Assembly: GCA_963674755.2 (NCBI GenBank)
Contig: CAXXVS010000003.1
Location: forward strand, 800,001 to 864,000
Source of the DNA: Desulfobacterales bacterium
GTDB taxonomy: Bacteria > Desulfobacterota > Desulfobacteria > Desulfobacterales > UBA5852
Direction: 5' to 3'
Length of the DNA: 64,000 nucleotides
In this document: positions 40,946 through 49,700 of the stretch, piece by piece
How positions within the stretch are numbered: position 1 is the stretch's first letter
Layout: each line of letters begins with the position of its first letter
Position numbers and translations under genes: made by a program
The notes under the pieces: generated by a model
Database searches by the model: none
Told to the model about the DNA's origin: nothing
What the model saw: only the letters and a program-made list of their open reading frames with translations

Positions 40946-41038
40946 ATGGACCGCAACACCCTGCAGGATCGTGCGGCAGGTGCCCTCATGGGGGCTTTCA
41001 CCGGCGATGCTCTGGGGATGGGACCTCACTGGTACTAG
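40946..41038 (+). pseudogene. N-terminal remnant of an ADP-ribosylglycohydrolase (DraG/ARH family)
   Basis: GGAAAGGA RBS, then MDRNTLQDRAAGALMGAFTGDALGMGPHWY-stop (GxxxGDALG motif); not in the ORF track. Confidence 0.7.
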
Positions 41039-41053
41039 GAAAGGAGAGCATGA

Positions 41054-42076
41054 ATGGATATCCAAGCACTCAGATCGACCGCCCGCCGCCTGGTGGCCAA
41101 AGGCAAAGGGATTCTGGCGGCTGACGAAAGCAGCCCCACCATCAAGAAGCGCTTCGACACCATCCAGGTGGCCTCCACGGAAGACAATCGGCGCGCCTAT
41201 CGCGAGCTGCTCTTTACGGCCGAAGGGGTGGAGGAGGCCATCAGCGGCGTCATCCTGTTTGACGAAACGCTTCGCCAGAAGGCCTCCGACGGCCGGCCGT
41301 TCCCCGAAGTACTCGCCGGACGCGGCATCATCCCGGGCATCAAGGTGGACAAGGGGGCCAAGCCCATGGCCGGTTTCCCGGGGGAGAAGATCACCGAGGG
41401 GCTCGACGGGCTGCGGGAGCGGCTCAACGAATACCGGGAACTGGGGGCGCGCTTTGCCAAGTGGCGGGCGGTCATCACCATTGCCCATGCCCTGCCCAGC
41501 CCGACGAACCTCCAGGCCAATGCCCACGCCCTGGCGCGCTATGCGGCCCTTTGCCAGGAGGCCGGCCTGGTGCCCATCGTGGAGCCGGAGGTGCTCATGG
41601 ATGGGGATCACGACATCGCGCGCTGCGAAGTCGTCACGGCCCGCACCCTGCGGGCGGTGTTCGATGAACTGTTCCATCAGGGGGTGGATCTGGAAGGGAT
41701 GCTGCTCAAGCCCAACATGGTGATCTCGGGCCTGGCCTGCCCGGAGCAGGCCCCCGTGGAAACCGTGGCGCAGCGTACTGTCGATTGCTTTCGGCGGGTG
41801 GTGCCGGCGGCCGTGCCCGGTATCGTGTTTCTTTCGGGCGGCCAGAGCTCACAGGTCGCCACCGCCCATCTCAACGCCATGAACGCCCTGGGCGGCCATC
41901 CCTGGGAGCTTTCCTTCTCTTACGGCCGGGCCCTCCAGGAAGATACCCTCAAGACCTGGCAGGGGAAACCCGACCGGGTCGGCCAGGCCCAAAACGTCTT
42001 CCACCACCGGGCCCGCTGCAACTCCGCCGCCCGTTACGGGGAATACCGGGAAGCCATGGAAGCCGAGGCCGTCTGA
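41054..42076 (+). CDS. Class I fructose-bisphosphate aldolase (eukaryote-like family)
   Basis: KGILAADES, GIKVDKG, FAKWR, VPIVEPE, LLKPNMV (Schiff-base Lys), FLSGGQ, FSYGRALQ. Confidence 0.95.
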   Translation: MDIQALRSTARRLVAKGKGILAADESSPTIKKRFDTIQVASTEDNRRAYRELLFTAEGVEEAISGVILFDETLRQKASDGRPFPEVLAGRGIIPGIKVDKGAKPMAGFPGEKITEGLDGLRERLNEYRELGARFAKWRAVITIAHALPSPTNLQANAHALARYAALCQEAGLVPIVEPEVLMDGDHDIARCEVVTARTLRAVFDELFHQGVDLEGMLLKPNMVISGLACPEQAPVETVAQRTVDCFRRVVPAAVPGIVFLSGGQSSQVATAHLNAMNALGGHPWELSFSYGRALQEDTLKTWQGKPDRVGQAQNVFHHRARCNSAARYGEYREAMEAEAV

Positions 42077-42239
42077 AGCGCTCCGGAGAGGGACGCGGCA
42101 ACGTGGCGCAGGCCGCTGCTTCTAAAACGGGCGGCAGAACAGGACCCACGGCGGCCTTGAACGTAATCCGCCGCCCGGCAGCTTTCTTGCAGCCGGGCGG
42201 CGGCATTGACGTTTGCCTTCTGGTACTTCCCTAGGCGGT

Positions 42240-42890
42240 TTACTCCAGCTTCCGGTGGCAGAACCACCAGTCGTAGTTTTCATACTGGCCCAGGCGCTCC
42301 TTGGCGCTCTTCACATCGGTGGGCGGCGGCACGATGACCCGGTCTTTGATCAGCTCGTTGTCAGGCCAGCCGGCAGGCATGGCGACCCCGTTGGTATCGG
42401 AGATCTGAAGGGCTTTGACGGCGCGGACGATTTCGTCCATGTTGCGGCCGACTTCCTGGGGATAGTAGAGGATGAGGCGGATCGTGCCTTCCGGATCCCC
42501 CACGAAGACGGCTCGCACGGTGTTGCTGCCCTTGGCCGGGTGCAGCATGCCGAGACGGGCGGCGACTGTATCGTTACCGGCGATGATGGGATAGGTGATC
42601 TCCACATCGAGTTTTTCCTTGATCCACTCCACCCATTTGATGTGGGAGAAGACCTGGTCCACGGACATGCCGATCAGCTTGCAGTTGAGTTTGTCGAATT
42701 CCGCGATGCGCTTCTGGAAAGCCACGAACTCGGTGGTGCAGACCGGGGTGTAGTCGGCCGGGTGGCTGAAGAGCACGAACCAGGATCCCTTCAGGTCAGC
42801 GGGGATGTTCATGGGGCCGTGGGTGGTCTGAACGCTCAGTTCAGGAAACTCTTCCCCCAAAAGGGGCATGCTGTTTTTTTTCTCTTCCAT
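42240..42890 (-). CDS. Peroxiredoxin (Prx6/TDXH-type)
   Basis: [32 protein letters not shown]. Confidence 0.93.
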   Translation of the reverse strand: MEEKKNSMPLLGEEFPELSVQTTHGPMNIPADLKGSWFVLFSHPADYTPVCTTEFVAFQKRIAEFDKLNCKLIGMSVDQVFSHIKWVEWIKEKLDVEITYPIIAGNDTVAARLGMLHPAKGSNTVRAVFVGDPEGTIRLILYYPQEVGRNMDEIVRAVKALQISDTNGVAMPAGWPDNELIKDRVIVPPPTDVKSAKERLGQYENYDWWFCHRKLE

Positions 42891-42950
42891 GATTGCCATT
42901 CCTTTCCTTGTGTTTGGTTGTGGATTGCGTATTGGTGGATGCGGCTGCAT

Positions 42951-44327
42951 TTAGAGGATGACCTCATAGCCCCCGTTCAACCAGGCCTTCATGCCGCCGG
43001 CCAGGCTGTGAACGTGGGAAAATCCCTGACCCTGAAGAAAACTGGCGGCAATGTTGCCCCGGTAGCCGACGCCGCACATGGCAATAACTTCCTCGTCTTT
43101 GGGAAAATCGAGATGGCCTTTGAGGAGTTCCGTGAGCGGGAAGTGCTGGGCGCCTTTAACATGGCCTGTTTCCCATTCTGCCGGGGTGCGGACATCGATG
43201 AGGCGGAAATGGTTGGCACGGATCTTCTTTTGGAGGGCATCGGTGGAAATCTGCCATAGCTGGCGAATGGGATAGCCGGCTTCCTGCCAGGCCGCGATGC
43301 CCCCGTAAAGAAAGCCGGCAATATTGTCGTACCCGATGCGGTGGAGATGGGTGGACATGGCATTGTAGGCCTCTTCGTCGGGGACCACCAAAACGAGTTC
43401 GGCGGCCGGCTCGATGACCATGCCAATCCAGTTGGCGGTCTGTTTGGCCAAACCGATGTTGATGCTCCCGGGGATGTGGACACCGCCGAAGGCGGCCGTG
43501 TCCCGGGCATCGAGCACGGTGGCGCCGGCTTCGATACGGGTGTGGACCTGGGCCGGGGAGAGGTCCCGGCTGATGGGGCAGCGTTCCAGCAGGGGCGCGC
43601 CCGATTTATTCGTGTTGATGATATGGCTGAAGCTTTTGGGGCGCTCCGGGAAGCTGGACGCAAAGGTCTGTTTGAAAGTAGTTTCATCCAGATTCAGGAT
43701 GGGGTTGTTGTGCTTTTCAAATCCGATGGTGGAGCTCGATTTGGCGCTCATTCCCTTGCCGCAGAGGGACCCTTCCCCATGGGCAGGAAAGATTTCCAGG
43801 CTTTCGGGCAGTTTTCCCAGTTTCTGGTAGAGCGAGTGGTAGAGGTTGTCCACCTGTTCCCCGATCAACTCTTGGCCGGCCAGATCCGGCCGGCCGACAT
43901 CGCCGACAAACATGCAGTCGCCGGTGAGCACCAGCCAGGGATCTTCCCCCCGAGAGCGGTCGGTGACCAGGATGGACAGGGAATGCGGCGTGTGCCCGGG
44001 TGTTTTGAGGATTTCGAGCTTGGCGTTGCCAAATTCAAATATGTCGCCCTCCTTCACTTCGACGTGGTCGAAGGTGACGGGTGATCCCTCCATGAAATGG
44101 ATTTGGGCACCGGTCCGGGACTTGAGCTCCATGTTGCCGCTGACATGATCGGCATGAACGTGGGTTTCGAAAATATGGGTGATTTGCATATCGTTCTTGC
44201 GGGCCAGATCGATATAGTCCTGGACATCCCGTTTGGGATCCACCACACACGCCACCTTGGCCATGGGGCAGCCGACCAGATAGGATAAGCAGCCCATTCC
44301 TTCTACCGCAATTTGCTTGAAATACAT
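42951..44327 (-). CDS. MBL-fold persulfide dioxygenase-like protein fused to two rhodanese domains
   Basis: ETHVHADHVSG, TPGHTP, TGDCMFVGDVGRPDL, PAHGEGSLCG, GVHIPGS, MCGVGYRG, LAGGMKAW. Confidence 0.9.
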   Translation of the reverse strand: MYFKQIAVEGMGCLSYLVGCPMAKVACVVDPKRDVQDYIDLARKNDMQITHIFETHVHADHVSGNMELKSRTGAQIHFMEGSPVTFDHVEVKEGDIFEFGNAKLEILKTPGHTPHSLSILVTDRSRGEDPWLVLTGDCMFVGDVGRPDLAGQELIGEQVDNLYHSLYQKLGKLPESLEIFPAHGEGSLCGKGMSAKSSSTIGFEKHNNPILNLDETTFKQTFASSFPERPKSFSHIINTNKSGAPLLERCPISRDLSPAQVHTRIEAGATVLDARDTAAFGGVHIPGSINIGLAKQTANWIGMVIEPAAELVLVVPDEEAYNAMSTHLHRIGYDNIAGFLYGGIAAWQEAGYPIRQLWQISTDALQKKIRANHFRLIDVRTPAEWETGHVKGAQHFPLTELLKGHLDFPKDEEVIAMCGVGYRGNIAASFLQGQGFSHVHSLAGGMKAWLNGGYEVIL

Positions 44328-44401
44328 GTTGCAGCCTCCTGAAGTAGTATTTTGACGAACACCAAACCCCTCATGACGGATGTAATTTTATAGGTTATCA
44401 A

Positions 44402-44418
44402 TTGAGAACGTTTCTCAT
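44402..44418. promoter_or_regulatory. Fur/PerR-family-like palindromic operator
   Basis: TTGAGAACGTTTCTCAT (TGAGAA-N3-TTCTCA) about 75 bp upstream of the MBL-rhodanese start. Confidence 0.6.
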
Positions 44419-44713
44419 TAAGAGATCATTTCGTTCGCGGGGTTACAGATATAAAAGAGGAATAGCGGCCTGTTCAAAATGAGCATATGCTTTAAACTAA
44501 GGCCGTAGGAAAGCGTCGTCAAGGTGGTGCGAGGGGGGCATCGAGGGGGCGTAAAGGCCTGTTTCAATCCAGAGCGAAGCAGCTCAAGATGGAATTATCA
44601 TTGGGTATGGTCGAGTGTGCGACGATCAGGCGCAACTCCGGAAAGGCATGCCCGGATTGAGCGGCGTGTTCAGCCGTCTCCCGGTTTTCCCCCATAATTC
44701 ATTCCATACCGAA

Positions 44714-46705
44714 TTACTCCAGCGGGATATCCGCTTCCGGCGAGGGTTCCCCGGTGGCACCGTTGGCCGCCCGATAAATCAGACGATAGGCCACCCTGGG
44801 CTGCTGCGGCGGATTGAGGTCCACGGCGGCCTCGGCGTCGCGGATGCCGCCGGTCAAAGGACGCCAGGCGCCGTCCGCCTCGTGCCGCTGGACAATGACG
44901 TCCAGGCCTTCGGGCGGGGCTTTGAACGCGATCCGCACATGGCGAAAGGGCTTCTCTTCGACATGGAGGGAAGGTTCCGGCGGGGTGGGTACGGGCGGGT
45001 TGGAAACCGTCACCCGGCGGGCCCAGCTCGGATCGCTGCGGTTGCCGGATGCGTCGACCGCCACCAGCCGGTACCAGTATTGCTTTCCGACCATCACAAA
45101 GGGATCCTCGAAGCGGTCTTTGTTAGCCTGAACCGGGTCGCCGATGACCAGCCCCGGATCCGCCTCGCTCACCGAGCGGACGACCAGAAAAGCGTCCACA
45201 TCCCCTTCCGGGGGCGCGGCCGCAAAGGTCAGCACGACTTTGCCGTCCCGGCCGTCGATGCCGGTAATGCGGGGCGGATTGGGGGAAACGGTATCCAGCA
45301 GCACCGCCTCGACTTCCCGGCTGGGCTTGCTGCGCTGGTTGTCGAAGGCCACGGCCGTCACCCGGTAGCGAAAGGTTCCCTGGGTGTGCAAGCCGACGTT
45401 ATCGTCAAAGCGCGGCTCCGGAACCACCTGCGGGGTGAGATAGGTCCAGCGCGGGGCATCGTCGGCCCTGCGCTCCACCAGGTAGCCGGCCACGGGAAAC
45501 GGCACCGCCTCCCAGGTGAGCCGTACCCGGGTGCGTCCCACCGCGGCGGCCAGCTCGTCGGGACGGGGGGGCGCTTCGCGGTTCCGGGGCGTCGCCGTCC
45601 TGACCAGGGAAGGCTCCCCCAGGTTGCCGCGCGGATCCATGGCGCGGACGCGGTAGAAATAGCTGGTGCCGCCCACCACCCGGGTATCTTCCCATTGGGT
45701 TTGATCGGCGTCGAGACCCTCGGGGGTCGCTGCACTATAGGGGCCGTTGCGCAACAAGGCGCGTTCGACCACGTAGCCGGCGGTAAAGGGGCTGGGGTTG
45801 GCTTCCCAGGCCAGGGTGACCCGGTTCTCCCCCGCGTCGGCGCTGAACCGGGCCGGCGGCACCAGGGCCGCAAGATCCGGAATGAAAAGGGTTGTGCTGC
45901 TGGGGCGGCTGCGGCGGTCGAACAAATCGAGACTGAACAGACGATAGGTGGCCTCCGACTCCTTGGGCGGCGCCAGATCGATAAACTGGGCGTCTGACGG
46001 CGGGGATCCGGCGGTGGTGATCAACAGGGGCTGCTCCGTAAGCAGGATGTCCCCGCCGCGTTTATCTTCCCGCATCACGGTGAAGGCATAGACCGGAACA
46101 GCAGGGTTTGGCTTCGGGTTCTCCCAGCTCAATTCAACGCCGGCCTCCACGGGGACGGCCATGAAAGAAAGCGGCGCCTCCGGCAAGGGGGTGGCCTGCA
46201 GGGGGTCTACGGCCGCGCTTTGCAGCACCGCCTGCTTTTTCCCCTTGCTGTTGAGGGCGGTCAGACGATAGGTGCGCTTCCCCCCCTGGGGATCGCTATC
46301 CTGGTAGCGCAGGCCGACGGCCAGACCGAAATCGGCGTCGGCGGCCGCGGAAAGCCCCATGACGGTCACCGCCATTTCCCTGTCCGTCTTAGGGATGGCA
46401 CCGGCCTGCAGATCGGCCTGAAAGGCGTCGATGGCGCTCCGGTCCGCCGGCCGCAGCCTCTCCATGGCGGCCTGATTCCGGCCCGGCCCGAGCTTGTCCG
46501 CCACCGTCTGTGCTTTGCCCTGGACGACTTTTTCCAGACGCCAACCGCCTTGGGGCCAGATGAGATCCTTGGGAATCCAGAAGAGGGAAATACCTCCCCG
46601 GCCGTCGGAAGCTGCCCACAAGGCGCCGCGGGGTTGATCGGCCGCCGTGGCAAGTCCGGCCGTAAGGAGGAGCAGCAGCAGTACAAGAATGGTCGCTTTT
46701 TTCAC
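44714..46705 (-). CDS. Secreted protein with multiple fibronectin type III repeats
   Basis: Signal peptide; repeated VxLxW...GYxVER...YxYRVxAxD...SxPS FN3 patterns. Confidence 0.85.
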   Translation of the reverse strand: MKKATILVLLLLLLTAGLATAADQPRGALWAASDGRGGISLFWIPKDLIWPQGGWRLEKVVQGKAQTVADKLGPGRNQAAMERLRPADRSAIDAFQADLQAGAIPKTDREMAVTVMGLSAAADADFGLAVGLRYQDSDPQGGKRTYRLTALNSKGKKQAVLQSAAVDPLQATPLPEAPLSFMAVPVEAGVELSWENPKPNPAVPVYAFTVMREDKRGGDILLTEQPLLITTAGSPPSDAQFIDLAPPKESEATYRLFSLDLFDRRSRPSSTTLFIPDLAALVPPARFSADAGENRVTLAWEANPSPFTAGYVVERALLRNGPYSAATPEGLDADQTQWEDTRVVGGTSYFYRVRAMDPRGNLGEPSLVRTATPRNREAPPRPDELAAAVGRTRVRLTWEAVPFPVAGYLVERRADDAPRWTYLTPQVVPEPRFDDNVGLHTQGTFRYRVTAVAFDNQRSKPSREVEAVLLDTVSPNPPRITGIDGRDGKVVLTFAAAPPEGDVDAFLVVRSVSEADPGLVIGDPVQANKDRFEDPFVMVGKQYWYRLVAVDASGNRSDPSWARRVTVSNPPVPTPPEPSLHVEEKPFRHVRIAFKAPPEGLDVIVQRHEADGAWRPLTGGIRDAEAAVDLNPPQQPRVAYRLIYRAANGATGEPSPEADIPLE

Positions 46706-46715
46706 GGTCGGTCTC

Positions 46716-49700
46716 CTATAGACTGAAGGTGCGGCAAATCTTGGGGTTCCAGAACGGAATCGGGATGGTCACGCAGCCCCGGGCCGAGGCGGCCACCGGC
46801 AGGGCGCTGACATCGACCCGCACGGAGATGCCGGCGCTGATGCACTTTTTATAGCACACTTCGGCGCGCACCCCGCCTTCACCGTATCCGGCTACATGGG
46901 GCTGGGAGGTGACGGTCAGACCTGTTTTAAGTTCGCCGGAAATGTGCCCGATGGAGGCGCCCAGGTAATAATAGACCCCGCCGCCGAGGCGCAAGGCATC
47001 CTCGTCCAGCATCATATAGCCGTCCGCGTCGCGAATCAGGAGATGCATGCGCACTTTGGGTCCGGCCTCCTGCCCGACATAGATATGCCAGGGCTGGCTT
47101 CCGCCGAAGTGCAGCGTACAGGCGTTTTCCGGGATGTCGAAATAGATGTTGTCGTCCAGGAGGCTGAAATGCCCGGCCAGGGCACCGTCGAACCCCCCGG
47201 CCGCATACTGGAAATAGCCCTGGAAGTTGCCGTTGCCGGCATGCTGGGCGTCGAGCAGCCAGGCCCGGAAGTCCATGCGCGCGCCCTCGCCGGGCTTGAC
47301 GGTGAGATCGCCGTCCATGGTGCAGACAAAGCCGTCCGAGGAGCCTACCCGCATGCCGGCCATGAAGAGATAGGAGCTGTCCGCCACCGGGGTCACGGCC
47401 GTGATGGGCGTGGTGCTCTTGAAGGCGTCCAGGGGAAAGTTGTGACCCAGGCCGCCGCGCATTTGATAGAGTTTGAGGAAGGGCGGCGCGAAGGGCATCC
47501 CGGCGGGTCCCAGATCCAGAGTCGACCGCATCAGCCAGTAGTCATGGCCGCCCATATAGCCCAGACGAAACTCGGCCTGAACCGGCGGGCCATTGAACAT
47601 GGCCATATTCACCGTACCGGCGAAACGGTCCTGGGGGCCCGAGGCCGCATAGGCGCTGGCCACCCCGAAAGACCATCCGCCTTGGCCGGAGGCATCCGCG
47701 CTCGCGGCGGACATGCCCGCGCCGGTGTAGGCGATGTGGACGGTGGCCGCCACCCGGGGCTGTCCGGCCGGGAAGGCGACTTCCAGGTCAAAGGGCTCGA
47801 CCTGCGGCCCAGAGCCTTCGTAGGAATTGCCGTCCTGGCGCAGACCGTAGTTCACCGGCACCTCGACCGCCGAAAGGACCTCGGAGATGGAAAAGGTGGT
47901 GGTAAAATCGAAGCCGAGGAGATCGGCCCCGCTGCTATAGCAGCCGATGCGGACGGACACCAGATCCACCGGGGTGAACCCCAGGGTCGATTGCCCGCCC
48001 AGGGGAACCTCAATGCTGGTGCCGTTCTCCAGAACAGGCCGCCCGTCCATGGAATAGATGATGCCGGGCACCACCACGTTGTCGGCGAAGACCACCTCTT
48101 CGGCCTCGAAACGGAAGAGGGTACTCTCGCTCCGGGCGGCCCAGCCGGTTTGGGGGAAGTTGCCGAAGAGCAGATTGCGGACGGTCATGGTAAAGGCCCG
48201 GTAATCTTTGTGCACCTCGGACTGGGTGATAGCGGCGAAGTCGAAGTAGGCCTCCTGGCCGGGGGCTCCGTAAATGAGGCGGGCGTCACCCTGCAGGTGG
48301 GCGTCGAGCCAGGGGAGGTGCACGTCCATGTCGCGGTAGGTCGCCAGGCTGCTTTGGGTGGTGTCAACGCTGATGGCGGCCACGCTGATGGTGCCCTTCT
48401 TGTAGGTCGTGGCGAAGGGGGTGGTGATGTCCGTCTGGCCGACTAGCCGGGTGCCGACCACGCCCCAGTCGCTGACGTGCCCCTTGTTGGCCTCCGGCAC
48501 CTGGAAGTCGAAGAGATTGGGGGCCAGGAGCGCATCTTCGCCGAAGTGCAGTCCGGCCCATTCCGGGCCGGCCCCGCCGGGGTTGGCCGGCATGCCGTCC
48601 TGGGCGCTGAGATCGAAAATGACTTCCCGGGGTGCGATGGAAAAGCCGCTGTTGCCGATCTCCAGCTCCATGCCGCCGGCATCCCGGCCGTACCAGTCGC
48701 CCGCTTCGGAAAGGGGCGCGGTGACGGTCCACTCCGGTGCCTGGGGGGTGCCCGTAAGATGCAGATCGGTATCCGCCGGTTTCGCCGCCAGGGTCAGGTT
48801 CATGGGGGTCTGGCCGGCCCGGGCGGCAAGCTTCTGTAGCTGGAGGCGCATACCGGCCCCGTTGATGCTGTAGGTCAGGGAAATATCAAGGTTGCCGTTT
48901 GTGACCGTCAGGCCGTCGTCCGCCACGCGCCAGCCGCCGATGGCCACCGGCAGGATGAAGCGCTCCGCGCTGCCGCCCGCCCCGGTATAGAGGTGCATGT
49001 CGAGAACGCCGCTTCCCTTGAACCGGCCGCCCGTATTCACGACATCGAGATTGCCGATGGCAAAGGTGTCCCCGGTGGCGGTGGGGAACAAAAACCGGCA
49101 GGGTTTGTCAGGGGCGCTGGCCTTGACCCGATAGCGGAAGGGATCGGATTGCACATAGTAGGGCTTTTCCTTTTTGACCGATAGCTCGGGAAAGCGCTTG
49201 GCCTCGGTCAATTGGTTGAGGCTTGCTGTCACGGGCCTCCCGGAGATGCCTTCCCTGGAGGGGGCCAGGACGCCCAGTTTGAGGCCGCTTTTTTGGAAAA
49301 GGGCCAATTGGGCGTTTCCGGCGGGGCCTGCCCCAGCGGCCCGGGCTTCGGGCACCAGCCAGGAGAGCACCTTGTGTGCCATGCTTCTGTCAGCGGCAGA
49401 AAAGGAGGACCGTCCGGCGGATGCCAGGAGGTGGACGAAGGTGACCTGGTCGAGGGGCAACAATTCGGGCAGCACCTCCGCCTCCACCACCAGGGCATAG
49501 GCCTGGTTGATCATGGTGTCGTTCATCTCCACCACCGGGGATGGCAGAGCGGCGGTGGCAAAGGATTCGGGCGTGGGGGTGCTCTGGGTGTTTTCGGTCA
49601 GGACCATGCCGCCTGCGGTGCGCGGCGGCGAGGCCAGGTTCTCTTCCAGCGAACCGATCACCATGCGGGTGTTCCCCTGATAGAGGCTCCAGGTGATTTT

